From Limnochordia bacterium (GTDB lineage Bacteria; Bacillota; Limnochordia; DUMW01): a stretch of 64,000 bases of DNA. This document shows positions 1-12,173 of the stretch, in pieces. The translations under genes were made by a program, and so were the position numbers. Location: assembly GCA_023230925.1 (NCBI GenBank), contig JALNWK010000005.1, forward strand, positions 13,111-77,110, read 5' to 3'. The stretch's first letter is position 1; each line of letters begins with the position of its first letter. The notes under the pieces were generated by a model. That model had not been told where the DNA came from. It saw only the letters and a program-made list of their open reading frames with translations, and searched no databases.

Positions 1-684
1 CCGCCACCCTAGCATCTAATAGCGCGCCATATATTTGGGACTGAACATAATCGGGTATAACACGCTCCAAGATAAACTCAGCAGATGGTTCATAGAGCAC
101 TCCATCAGGATCTGATCCATCAATGGTCGGACTTATTGGAAGCAGAGGCCGCACCTTGATCTCTTGACTGAGTAAGGTTCGCGAGTGCATATAGACCACT
201 GTTAAGGAACCAATGATCCCTTCTTTGAAAAACTCGATAACTAACCTTCCCATATCCTTTGCTTGCTCGTAATCGGGAAAATCACCTATCTGCACATATT
301 GAGCAAGGATCTCCTTCCGACGGAACCGCAGAAAATCCCGGCCCTTCTGTCCTATTATAATAAAGCAAGCATCGGGCTTTGCTGTGTCAACAACATGCCG
401 TAGCAGATTTGCATTATATCCACCGGCCAGACCCAAATCAGAAGAGATAACAAGGTAGCATGGCTTACCTTGGCCCTGCTTAAATAGGTCAAGATCCAAG
501 TACCGACCATCTTGGATTACCAAATTAAGCAGTTCCTCCATTCCTTTATAGTAGGAAAGGTAGCCTTTGAACCGGGCATCAGCCTTTTGCAGCTTCGCCG
601 TTGCAACCAGTTTCATCGCCCTAGTGATCTGCTGAGTACTACTTACGGATTTGATATGCCGCCGTAAATCCCGTGTACTTTCCA
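1..684 (-). CDS. atpG: F0F1 ATP synthase gamma subunit; the 3' end runs off the window
   Basis: Minus-strand translation begins MESTRDLRRHIKSVSSTQQITRAMKLVATAKL with ATG at 684..682 behind a GAGGGAGA RBS. This is the characteristic gamma-subunit N-terminus. The gene sits directly downstream of atpA. Confidence 0.85.
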
Positions 685-717
685 TAGATTATCTCCCTCA
701 GTCAGTGAAAATTTAAC

Positions 718-2226
<1,509 letters not shown>

Positions 2227-2249
2227 CTACACCACCCATTTCGTTCCAG

Positions 2250-2786
2250 TTAACTGTGATAAGCCAGTTTCTTGCTTAGCGTTTGCAGGGCAGACCTAAT
2301 ACTGCCATCAATCACCCGGTCACCGATGGTGATAACCATTCCGCCGATCAGGGCAGGGTCAGTCACCTTCCGCAGGGATACCCGTTTTCCGGTAAGCTGC
2401 TCAAGACGCTGATGCAGTTGACTTTCCAACTCCACAGGCAAATCAATGGCACTGGCTACTTGCACTTCCACAAGATTCTCATAGTCTTTCATTAACCTTG
2501 CAAACTCTTCAGAAACCTGCATAAGCTCCTTGGCCCGCCCCCGCTCAAATAAGAGGACAAGTAGGTTAGCCACTTCCCTACTGAAATGGAGCTCACATAC
2601 TTTCTCCAGGATCTGTACTTTTTCAGCTGGCCTAATCCGCGGATACATCAAAACACGATGCAAAAAGGCGCTCTGTTCCAGTACCACCTTTATAGCGGAG
2701 AACTCAGCTGCATAATGTTCTAATTTAGATTGTTCTTGGCCGCATTCGAATATGGCCCGGGCGTACTTTTTCGCAACGATGGACAT
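2250..2786 (-). CDS. atpH: ATP synthase delta (OSCP) subunit
   Basis: 178 aa with N-terminal AKKYARAIFE, the OSCP/delta signature. It lies between atpF and atpA. Confidence 0.85.
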   Translation of the reverse strand: MSIVAKKYARAIFECGQEQSKLEHYAAEFSAIKVVLEQSAFLHRVLMYPRIRPAEKVQILEKVCELHFSREVANLLVLLFERGRAKELMQVSEEFARLMKDYENLVEVQVASAIDLPVELESQLHQRLEQLTGKRVSLRKVTDPALIGGMVITIGDRVIDGSIRSALQTLSKKLAYHS

Positions 2787-3307
2787 TAGTTTTCACCTGT
2801 CTGTTCGCTGTCAATATGCTGATCTAATTGGTCAATGAACTCCGTTAGCAAATCCTCATGGGTCTTGACATCCAGATTCTTGGAAATGATCTTTCCTGCA
2901 GCAGCCACAGATAAAGCTGCCACATGATCGGTCAATTCGCTAATTGCTTTCTGCTTTTCCTGTTCCAATTCACTTTGGGTACGGTTCTTCAGTCGCACAA
3001 TCTCTTCTTTCGCCTCTGCAACCATTTCCTTTTCCAACTGTTTCGAGCGTTCAACGGCCGCATCAATTATCTGTTGGGCTTCCTCGTGGGCCTGACTTAC
3101 CTTAGCCGCGTACTGACGATGCTCCTCCAACGCTGCCTCCCGCTCTTTCCTTGCTTCCTCTATATCTTTGGCAATACCCTGCTTCCGCTGCTCCATGAAT
3201 TGGCTTAGTGGCTTGTGCAACAGCCAGTACAGCAAAGCGGTTAGTACCAAGAAATTGACCAATTGTTGAAGAAAAACCCAAGGATCTAACAAGCTACTTC
3301 CCTCCAA
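2786..3307 (-). CDS. atpF: ATP synthase F0 subunit b
   Basis: 173 aa. An N-terminal TM helix is followed by a long charged helix, the typical b-subunit layout. Its position between atpE and atpH supports the call. Confidence 0.8.
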   Translation of the reverse strand: MEGSSLLDPWVFLQQLVNFLVLTALLYWLLHKPLSQFMEQRKQGIAKDIEEARKEREAALEEHRQYAAKVSQAHEEAQQIIDAAVERSKQLEKEMVAEAKEEIVRLKNRTQSELEQEKQKAISELTDHVAALSVAAAGKIISKNLDVKTHEDLLTEFIDQLDQHIDSEQTGEN

Positions 3308-3361
3308 TTACCCCCTACAAGGAACCCGCAGCGTCAAGCCGCTGCGGGTCACACATCCCCG

Positions 3362-4366
<1,005 letters not shown>

Positions 4367-4370
<4 letters not shown>

Positions 4371-4789
4371 CTACCATGTTGCGGGTCCTTCTTTAGAAAA
4401 GATGTGACCCACTCTTCAAAGTATAAGCTATAGATTGCGGGTTTAACCAAAAGAAGGCCCACAACTGTAGCCAGGAAACTGATTTCTGAACGTATCAGGG
4501 AAACTAGGATGGCGCCACACGCCAGCGCTGCTCTTTGCAGATAGCTAGTCCGGGCATAACGGACCGCACTCTTCTTAGATAATTTCAGTTGACGTGTTAC
4601 AGATAGTTCCAAGGCCCGAAATTGCAGAAGCGCAGTAATCCCGCCTAGCATGAAACCGTACACCGCTGTTCGTTGTCTGGCAATTAGTGAAAGGAGAACT
4701 AAGAGCGCGCCGAACACCAACATACGCTTTTGCACAGTTCTAATCGTGCATTGATCAGGTCTTTGCATCCGGTTCGTCTGAGTCATCAT
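4367..4789 (-). CDS. atpI: ATP synthase protein I (AtpI)
   Basis: 140-aa small hydrophobic protein immediately upstream of atpB. This is the Firmicutes atpI position. Confidence 0.6.
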
Positions 4790-5018
4790 CGAGATCCCTA
4801 ACCAACCTGAATATTACTGTAATCCCTCCAGCAACACCCAAGATCAAGAAGATACCTGTGAACAAGAACCTTGTTCCCAAGCGAGCATCTAGTAAGCGTC
4901 CCAACCAAACCCCAAATAGGGCGCTCAGTACCATGGTCAGGCCAATCTGGGTCATCAAGGACAGGTAGTATGCAAGCTGGAATCGCTTTCGGCCCATGAA
5001 TCCACCGCCCTGCTTCAT
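4755..5018 (-). CDS. atpZ: AtpZ/AtpI-family small membrane protein of the atp operon
   Basis: 87 aa with two TM helices and an acidic C-terminus. It is the first gene of the atp operon, as in Bacillus atpZ. Confidence 0.5.
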   Translation of the reverse strand: MKQGGGFMGRKRFQLAYYLSLMTQIGLTMVLSALFGVWLGRLLDARLGTRFLFTGIFLILGVAGGITVIFRLVRDLDDDSDEPDAKT

Positions 5019-5147
5019 CTAGAGCTCTCATTACATAATAATAGCGTTCTTTCCACTACGAGTCAATACTTCTAGACCATTTGGTCGATTCGTTGCTAAA
5101 CCTTGCCATCTTTAGACTCCACCTGGCAAGGTTGATTAATCACTAAG

Positions 5148-5186
5148 GATTAGAATAATAACCCCAGCCAAAGAAGCACTGGGGTT
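5148..5186 (-). terminator. Rho-independent terminator downstream of the 5233..6102 gene
   Basis: Inverted repeat AACCCCAG / CTGGGGTT at 5160..5186, followed on the minus strand by TTATTATTCT. A second short palindrome CTTACCG-TTTA-CGGTAAG lies at 5207..5224. Confidence 0.6.
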
Positions 5187-5232
5187 ACTAGTAAGACTAT
5201 AGGACACTTACCGTTTACGGTAAGATAACACA

Positions 5233-6102
5233 CTAACACTCCACGGATCCGTGATTTAGTGTGGTCTCCTCTACCTCGTTGACTATCGTCAGTTCTTCAA
5301 TGTCGACACGTTTGATCTGACCTTGACCCAAACAGATCTGGCGCATTTTCTCTCTGGTATACTTATTTGGTACAGAACCTGTTAGCGTAGCCGTGCAAGT
5401 CTCACAATCATACAGGATCTCTATCTTGGAGTTCTTCAATAGCCCTTCCTGGCGGAACACATCCCGTAAACCCCATTCCATTTCCCGATCCTTGCATTCC
5501 TCCCCTAATTTGCGTAACAGTCGATTATCAAAGTAGCGCCACAGCCAATAGAATAATAGGCCCGAGATAATCCAAAGGGGAATCAATATAATGCCAATAT
5601 CACCAATACCAATGAGAAAAACCGCAATCATGGTCACAATAGGAACTACTATGGCAGCGGTGATTGTATCATAGCCCATCTTAACTGGCCCACCCCGATA
5701 GTCAAAGGTAGGATAGAAGAAGGCATGTTTTAAACCGGACTGTCTGCGCAGAAAGGCTAGGGCCACACCAAATCCCCCAACCAATAGCGCTAGCCACCAG
5801 GTATTCTTAAGATACGCAAGGATGGAGTTAATTGTCTGGATTCGATACTCCCGAATTTGCCACTGAACTGTATCGCCAATCAGTTCTATGCCAATACGTA
5901 ACAACCCATATAAGGCGATAAAGATCACCGGTAAGATCATGATGATAATTCCGGCAAGAAAGCCAGAGATCACCAGAGTCTTTGTGGGTGAATAAGTGGC
6001 CAGAATATCATCAGCAAAGGCCTGGGTATTCACCTTTTTTACATCTTCAATAGAATCATAAAACACAGCCCGTTTTCTTGCTTTGGGATGATCCCTTTTC
6101 AT
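5233..6102 (-). CDS. Hypothetical polytopic membrane protein with a C-terminal Cys-containing soluble domain
   Basis: 289 aa with about 4 predicted TM helices. The C-terminal region carries CETCTATL and ends ...NHGSVEC. No family recognised. Confidence 0.5.
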   Translation of the reverse strand: MKRDHPKARKRAVFYDSIEDVKKVNTQAFADDILATYSPTKTLVISGFLAGIIIMILPVIFIALYGLLRIGIELIGDTVQWQIREYRIQTINSILAYLKNTWWLALLVGGFGVALAFLRRQSGLKHAFFYPTFDYRGGPVKMGYDTITAAIVVPIVTMIAVFLIGIGDIGIILIPLWIISGLLFYWLWRYFDNRLLRKLGEECKDREMEWGLRDVFRQEGLLKNSKIEILYDCETCTATLTGSVPNKYTREKMRQICLGQGQIKRVDIEELTIVNEVEETTLNHGSVEC

Positions 6103-6194
6103 CTATGCTTCACCTCAAAACAATAATCTAATGGATACACCATTTCTATTTTACACAGCCAACCGCAAAATCCTGCTGATTCTCTAACTCCCTA

Positions 6195-7412
6195 CTACTG
6201 GAAAGAAAGGGCAAAGTCCCTGAGTCCCTCTACTTCAACTAGGAGAGTCTGTACAGCCCATGGCACGCCAAAATCCGAGAACAATACCCTCTTCTCACTA
6301 GCCTGATCCATGATCTGTGTTATATCAGCGATTGTCGTTGCCACTGTATTGCCCTCCGGTGCTCTTATGACATATTCTGACGGCAAAGGGACAACCCTTC
6401 TTGCCGAGAGGTAGGCACCGTTTAGGCCACGTACAAAGGGCTCCGTATCCTCAATGGAGCAGTATATTGGAACATCAAAGGCAATTCCATCCAGGAAGTT
6501 CGTGAAGATGAGGTAGTTTTCATCTTCCGGGGGATACTCCCATTGTTCCACCTTACCATTGCGTTTTTCGATAGTAACCACTGGTGGATAGGACCTAAGA
6601 AAGGTTGCTGTCCCTTCGGTACAGTAGATTTTGATATGCGGTGTCTCATCGATAGGAGCACATACCGTTGAGTAGAAATACACCTCTACGTCATTGCCAG
6701 TCCGTGCAAAGACTGCGTTTGTGTCTTCACCCTCAATAGGATGAGCCCGATAAAACTCTGCCTTCACAGACTTAGGAGCAGCAAACCCTCCGACCTTTGA
6801 TGATGCTAAAAACAAACAATTGTTAAACACGTGGGAAAGTGGATTACTTAGGGGGCCATCCAAGACATAGGTACCATTGATCATCAACCTACCAGCCCAA
6901 TTGGCCCGCTCATAGTACGAGTCTGGCCTCTTCCACTTTCCGACACCCACAACCTGCTTTACCTGCCCTAGTTCACCGCTAACTAGATACTCCTGCAACT
7001 TACGCAAAGCAGTACTCGCTATTTGCTGAAAACCTACCGCGCAAATACGCTTTGTTTCCTTTGCTTTCTTCTTTAGTGCCAGAAGCTCCTGTATCAAGAC
7101 TGTTGGTGGTTTCTCCAGGAACACATGGATTCCCCGCTCTAAAGCCGCTATTGCCATCTCATAGTGAAAGGGGATCGGCGTAGCAATAGTAACGGCATCT
7201 AGTTTTTCACAATCCAACATACAGATATAATCCTGGTACACTTGTACTCCATTGGACCGAAGTGTTTCTACCTGTGAAACATTTGCCTGGGGATATTTCT
7301 CGGCAACAGCGACTAACTGAGCCCGTCCATCGTCCTCAGCCTTTTCCACCAACCGCAGGTGTTCCTTCCCGAATCCGCCAATACCGATAATCCCAATCCT
7401 CAATCGTTTCAA
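6195..7412 (-). CDS. Gfo/Idh/MocA-family NAD(P)-dependent oxidoreductase
   Basis: N-terminal Rossmann motif IGIIGIGGFGKEHL and a matching length of 405 aa. Confidence 0.75.
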   Translation of the reverse strand: MKRLRIGIIGIGGFGKEHLRLVEKAEDDGRAQLVAVAEKYPQANVSQVETLRSNGVQVYQDYICMLDCEKLDAVTIATPIPFHYEMAIAALERGIHVFLEKPPTVLIQELLALKKKAKETKRICAVGFQQIASTALRKLQEYLVSGELGQVKQVVGVGKWKRPDSYYERANWAGRLMINGTYVLDGPLSNPLSHVFNNCLFLASSKVGGFAAPKSVKAEFYRAHPIEGEDTNAVFARTGNDVEVYFYSTVCAPIDETPHIKIYCTEGTATFLRSYPPVVTIEKRNGKVEQWEYPPEDENYLIFTNFLDGIAFDVPIYCSIEDTEPFVRGLNGAYLSARRVVPLPSEYVIRAPEGNTVATTIADITQIMDQASEKRVLFSDFGVPWAVQTLLVEVEGLRDFALSFQ

Positions 7413-7429
7413 CTAGAAGTCTCCTCCTC

Positions 7430-8176
7430 CTACCTAGACACAGTCTTTCCTGGGGAGAGATACGTTTCATAGTTCCGCCGCATATGCAGTACTTCCTTAT
7501 ACATTTGCGCCCGGGACTTTACTCCCCGCCGGAAACCGTACTTGCGTTCCTTCATCCAATGGCTGATACCATACAAGTCCAGATAGCTGTAGGGAGCTTC
7601 ATACATCTGGGCTGCCTGGTTCATCAAAACCTCTACGCCGAATCGAACTGGTCTTAGGTCTGGAAGCATCTCAATGAATGCTCTAGTTAGCGCCCTTTGA
7701 CCATTTAGGACTGGAAAATAGCGTTGCGCAAGATCAACGAGGATAAACCCTTTGACAAAACGACCAATGGACATCTGGTTACTTTCCTCGAGCACCCCAT
7801 CAAGAAGCATATTAATGTGATTTTGATGTAAACCGATCAAATCTGCGTCTAAAAACAGGAATATGTCGGCATCCTTAGCATAATCTAGCCCGCTCTGCAA
7901 AGCCGCACCCTTACCTAAATTCTCCTCGTGACGAAGTACCGTCACTGGGTAGGAACCTGCCACTGTTGCTGTATCATCTGCGGATCCATCGTCTATGACA
8001 ACAACCTCATCAATTCGGTTATGCCCGGTTAGCACATCTAGTACCACACCTATGCGTGGTGCTTCATCATAGGCTGGTACTAGGGCGACTACTTTTTTAG
8101 CACACATTCTCAAATCTCCCATATTCTCATCCTGTACATTATACAAAACCACATGCAGCTTTGCAATACGCAGCAA
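7430..8176 (-). CDS. Family 2 glycosyltransferase (DPM/GtrB-like)
   Basis: VALVPAYDEAPRIG...VIDDGSADDT...FLDADL has the GT2 DXD architecture. The true start may be an internal Met at 8122 or 8107. Confidence 0.75.
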   Translation of the reverse strand: MLRIAKLHVVLYNVQDENMGDLRMCAKKVVALVPAYDEAPRIGVVLDVLTGHNRIDEVVVIDDGSADDTATVAGSYPVTVLRHEENLGKGAALQSGLDYAKDADIFLFLDADLIGLHQNHINMLLDGVLEESNQMSIGRFVKGFILVDLAQRYFPVLNGQRALTRAFIEMLPDLRPVRFGVEVLMNQAAQMYEAPYSYLDLYGISHWMKERKYGFRRGVKSRAQMYKEVLHMRRNYETYLSPGKTVSR

Positions 8177-8307
8177 TGCTACCCGACCATGCCGCGCCCC
8201 TAAAACGACAACAAGTTAGAACAAGACAACTTTCCGTAAACACCAAGGAGGAAATAGACCGATCCGTGGCTAATTGCTATTGTATTAAGCATAAGGAGGG
8301 TAAAACC

Positions 8308-8841
8308 GTGACCAAATCCTACGGCCTTGTAATTGGCAGTATCCTTATTTTCGCATTGTTTACGCTAGCCTTGTTTCCTAATCCCAAAGAGGAGAACTTA
8401 CCTGTGGAACGCCTACTAGACTTTTCTCTGGAGTCGGTCCATAGCCTTGAAATCTTTGATGCCCCAACTGGCGAAACCATCTCACTTACCAAAAGGGGCG
8501 GACTTTGGTATTTCGGGAATAAGAAGCTCCGTGACGAGTACATCACCGATCTACTTGCACTGCTTCAGGAAATAAGTGCAAAGGTTAGTACCGACGCATC
8601 GACCTCTGATCAGGACAATAACCCTATTTTCCGGATCACCCTCCAAACAGAAACGGGGGCAACCCTTTGGCTTACCGTGGGCGAAAGAGTATCCAAGTCG
8701 GTCTACTGCACCCGTACATCCCAATCATCGGAACTGTATCTACTGGACGAGTATTCCCTCTGGCAGCTTAGGGACCTACTAAATCAGGCCCTTATGGTGG
8801 AACCACTGTTTCACTCCCCATTACAGCAATTCGCGCCATAA
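8308..8841 (+). CDS. Hypothetical exported/anchored protein
   Basis: A GTG start follows an AAGGAGGG RBS at 8293. An N-terminal TM/signal segment GLVIGSILIFALFTLALF is present. No family confidently recognised. Confidence 0.4.
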   Translation: MTKSYGLVIGSILIFALFTLALFPNPKEENLPVERLLDFSLESVHSLEIFDAPTGETISLTKRGGLWYFGNKKLRDEYITDLLALLQEISAKVSTDASTSDQDNNPIFRITLQTETGATLWLTVGERVSKSVYCTRTSQSSELYLLDEYSLWQLRDLLNQALMVEPLFHSPLQQFAP

Positions 8842-8881
8842 AGGCCTCAAAAATACTATTTCCCCGTTAACTGAAGCAATC

Positions 8882-9148
8882 TTACAAACGCTTCTTTTCC
8901 TCTGCCAACTCACGCTTCAGCTCGACGATCTTTTGTCTTTGCTCAACCATGAGCTTCTTCTTGATACTCTCCCGTTCATACTCGGTATTCCTGATCTCTT
9001 CTAATTTGGCTTCGGCGTCCTCTAATTCACGTTCCAGCATTCGGACACGAGGTCTACGCAAGGTAGCCACCTCCTTTCCAACAGGCCTTCCCTGCAAGAA
9101 GACCCTCTTAGTTATTTTATTCGAGACAAAGAAACCAATCTCCTGCAA
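8882..9148 (-). CDS. Small charged coiled-coil protein; the start is uncertain
   Basis: The ORF is E/K/R-rich with heptad character: LERELEDAEAKLEEIRNTEYERESIKKKL. It may begin at the internal MLERELED. Confidence 0.3.
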   Translation of the reverse strand: MQEIGFFVSNKITKRVFLQGRPVGKEVATLRRPRVRMLERELEDAEAKLEEIRNTEYERESIKKKLMVEQRQKIVELKRELAEEKKRL

Positions 9149-9184
9149 AAGGCGCCACAGGCATTCAGCCAGATAGCTCTTCCG

Positions 9185-9229
9185 ATATAAAATATAAAGG
9201 ACCTATTGCTCTCGCACTAGGCCCTTTAT
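9185..9229 (-). terminator. Probable intrinsic terminator after the HK-RR operon
   Basis: Hairpin AAAGGACCTA...TAGGCCCTTT (9 bp with one mismatch), followed on the minus strand by ATATTTTATAT. Confidence 0.45.
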
Positions 9230-9430
9230 ACCAGATTTCCATTGTCCTCGAACGGCGGGGTTATCCACCCATGCCGTCCAGTCGTTGATCGCTCACCTCC
9301 CCACCTCCCGTTCTCACATCAAGGCCCCACCTATTTGCCTTCTCTAAACCCAAGATTCTTAATCTAACTGAACGGGATTTTTGATAGCATGTTCATTGTA
9401 GCATAGGGATGTTAACAAACTGTTAAGAGG

Positions 9431-11206
9431 CTATGAAATCATCCTTAACGGAAAGGAGAAACTGAACTTAGTACCTACATCAGGCTTGCTTTGTACTGAA
9501 ATGATCAGCCCATGAGCATCCAGAATAGACTTGACAATGGCAAGGCCTAGACCTGTACCATCTCGTCTGGTACGGGACCGATCTGCTTTGAAGAATCTTT
9601 CAAAAATAAGGGGTAGCTCGTCGGGTAAAATACCGCAGCCGGTATCTTCGACCTCAATCATTACCCCTTCGGCTCGATCACACACCCGCACATATATGTC
9701 GCCGTCCGCTGGGGTAAACTTGATCGCATTATCCACGAGGTTGAGTAGTACCTGTCTAATCCGCTTCTCGTCCCCAACCACCACACGCTTTGCACCGGGT
9801 AGACTCCGGTGTAGCCTCACCATTTTGCTATCAGCAAGAACCCCCAGTTGGTTACAGACATCATCCACCACTGCCACGATATCAAAGGGCTCCAATTCCA
9901 GATTGAGCTGTCCCGCCTCAAGACGTGAAAAATCAAGTAACTCATCGATTAGCTTCGATAGGCGAAGGGTTTCGTCCTGGATTATCCGCAAGTACCGACC
10001 CACGGACTCGGAATCGGTAACGGTACCATCAATAACAGGCTGCAAATAACCAGCTATTGCAGTTAAGGGGGTCCGAAGCTCGTGGGAGACATTGGCAAAG
10101 AAATCCCTCCGTAGTTGTTCTGTCTGATGCAGCTGGCTAATATCATGCAGTAGAATAACTACGCCACCGATGGCTCCGCTGGTATCGTGGATCGGTGATG
10201 CAATGATCATAAGAGCTTTTTGTGGTGTAAGATTTACCGTCTGCGTTACCACCGCATCTTCAGTCATCACCCGGTGATAAAGCTCTGGCATTTCGGCTAG
10301 AGAGACGGACTCACAGAGCTTTGTGCCGATGGGTAAATCAACATCCTCCTTAATCCAACGTCGGGCCGGAGCATTTACGAGAAGAATCCTCCCTTGGGGA
10401 TCAACCGCAATCACTCCCTCACTAATACTAAAGATCATGCTCTCAAATTTAGCCTTTTCCTGGTGAAGGGCATCGATAGTATTCTGAAGTCGGCTTGCCA
10501 AATAGTTAAAAGAGCGCCCTAGCTCACCAATCTCGTCTTCCTGCTCAACCGATACTCTTCGACTAAAGTCCCCTTCCGCCATGGCCAACGCCGCACCATG
10601 CATCTGTCGCAAGGGAGAAGAGAAAGTACGGGACAGGTAAAGGCCCAAACCAAAGGCTAGGGTAATCGACAATAAGGCCCCAAGCAATATGAAGTGTCTC
10701 ACCTGGCTGACCGTCTGGGAAACACCCACAACAGGAGAGTGGAGAAAAACTGCCCCGAGTACTGTATCGGATCCGGTACCAAGAATAGGAAGACCAACTG
10801 TGAGCATGGGCTCGGAGAAGTACTTTGATTGTCCCCGATTAGTAATGGTTCTACCCAGGAGCACCTCCTGTAGATCGCCACTACTTAACTGAAAACCTTC
10901 CCAATCGAAGCCCTCTTGGCTGGCGGCAATGATCAAGCCTTGTCGATTCACAATCCAAACCCGGGCATCTATGAAACTATCCATAGCCCGGAGCACACTG
11001 AAAATCGCTGGATCAAAGGAGGTACGTACCACTAGGTGACCCACCACCTTGACCAGCTCCTGCCCTTTATCTAATAGTTCTTGTTCCTTTGCGGTAAAAA
11101 AGTAATTTTCCAACAAATGTGATAAGCAGAAACCCAAAGTAGAGAGGGTCACTAGAATAATGGCCACATAGGTAGACATTAATTTCCCGAAGACAGTCTT
11201 AACCAC
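9431..11206 (-). CDS. Sensor histidine kinase (two TM helices, HAMP, PAS, HisKA, HATPase_c)
   Basis: H-box SHELRTPLTAI plus N, G1 and G2 boxes (DTGCGI, GTGLGLAIV) are present. It overlaps the upstream response-regulator gene by 8 nt. Confidence 0.9.
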   Translation of the reverse strand: MVKTVFGKLMSTYVAIILVTLSTLGFCLSHLLENYFFTAKEQELLDKGQELVKVVGHLVVRTSFDPAIFSVLRAMDSFIDARVWIVNRQGLIIAASQEGFDWEGFQLSSGDLQEVLLGRTITNRGQSKYFSEPMLTVGLPILGTGSDTVLGAVFLHSPVVGVSQTVSQVRHFILLGALLSITLAFGLGLYLSRTFSSPLRQMHGAALAMAEGDFSRRVSVEQEDEIGELGRSFNYLASRLQNTIDALHQEKAKFESMIFSISEGVIAVDPQGRILLVNAPARRWIKEDVDLPIGTKLCESVSLAEMPELYHRVMTEDAVVTQTVNLTPQKALMIIASPIHDTSGAIGGVVILLHDISQLHQTEQLRRDFFANVSHELRTPLTAIAGYLQPVIDGTVTDSESVGRYLRIIQDETLRLSKLIDELLDFSRLEAGQLNLELEPFDIVAVVDDVCNQLGVLADSKMVRLHRSLPGAKRVVVGDEKRIRQVLLNLVDNAIKFTPADGDIYVRVCDRAEGVMIEVEDTGCGILPDELPLIFERFFKADRSRTRRDGTGLGLAIVKSILDAHGLIISVQSKPDVGTKFSFSFPLRMIS

Positions 11207-11879
11207 CGTCGGTCACCTCGAACTTATAGCCAACACCCCAGACGGTTTTGATATACTGTTTGCAGCCTTCGTCCACCTGCCCGATTTTCTCCCGAATTCG
11301 TTTGATATGGACATCAATAGTCCGCCCGTCTCCGAAGTAGTCATAGCCCCACAGCTGCTCTAACAGTTCATCCCTAGTAAAGACCCGACTAGGATTAACC
11401 ATGAGATAATATAGTAATTGGGTCTCCCGGGGAGTCAACTCCACCCTTTGGCCCTTGACCGTAACCGAATACTCCTCGATATTCACTTCTATGTCTTGGG
11501 CCGCCGCTATACTCCTAGGTTTAATCCGTCGTAAGACAGCCTTAGTTCGTTCAAGAACCTCTACAGGATTAAATGGTTTAGTCACGTAATCGTCTGTTCC
11601 CAACTCAAAACCTAGGATCTTCTCATAATCATCGTTTTTGGCCGTTAACATGATAATGGGAATGTCTATACACTGATTACGCAGCTGTGTACAGACCTCC
11701 CAGCCATCTAGCTTAGGCATCATAATATCTAGAATAATCAGGTCGGGACCGGCTGAAACCAGGTCCAAGGTCTGCTGGCCATCGTAGGCGGAAAGGACCT
11801 CATAGCCTTCCTTGCGGAAATATAGGGAGAGAATCTCATGGACATGGGGATCATCATCAGCAATGAGGATACTTGTCAT
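11199..11879 (-). CDS. OmpR/PhoB-family response regulator
   Basis: A receiver domain with ILIADDD...D...K sits N-terminal to a winged-helix domain with C-terminal VWGVGYKF. Confidence 0.9.
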   Translation of the reverse strand: MTSILIADDDPHVHEILSLYFRKEGYEVLSAYDGQQTLDLVSAGPDLIILDIMMPKLDGWEVCTQLRNQCIDIPIIMLTAKNDDYEKILGFELGTDDYVTKPFNPVEVLERTKAVLRRIKPRSIAAAQDIEVNIEEYSVTVKGQRVELTPRETQLLYYLMVNPSRVFTRDELLEQLWGYDYFGDGRTIDVHIKRIREKIGQVDEGCKQYIKTVWGVGYKFEVTDGG

Positions 11880-12138
11880 ATTATCAGCAACCCGGACCCA
11901 CGGCTAAACCGTAGGAAGAGTTGTAGCCCTCCCTTCTTGGCATGCTCCTTATTGAGGCGTTCTGCGGGATGCTTCCAGTCCCGGCAATGTCCTGCCTTAC
12001 TTCTTAGTCCCTCTTGCCGATTGAGCCAAGGGACCTTAAGCCAACGGTAATACTATTCGCTGTCTGGGCACCAACTTCCTTGTGAAGCAAATATCCACAA
12101 CGTTAGCACTAGGTATATACGAGGACCGCATATCTCTC

Positions 12139-12167
12139 GCAGGCAGGAGAATGACTCTCCTGCCTGC
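12139..12167 (-). promoter_or_regulatory. Perfect 12-bp stem-loop immediately downstream of the aminotransferase gene, with no U-tract
   Basis: GCAGGCAGGAGA-ATGAC-TCTCCTGCCTGC. It is not followed by a T-run on either strand. Confidence 0.4.
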
Positions 12168-12173
12168 TACTGC

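Noticed and set aside
8161-8307. N-terminal 49-aa extension of the 8161..8841 ORF
   Set aside because: The extension overlaps the GT2 gene start on the other strand and is arginine-rich. A strong AAGGAGGG RBS precedes an internal GTG at 8308 that begins a hydrophobic signal/TM segment, so the gene was trimmed.
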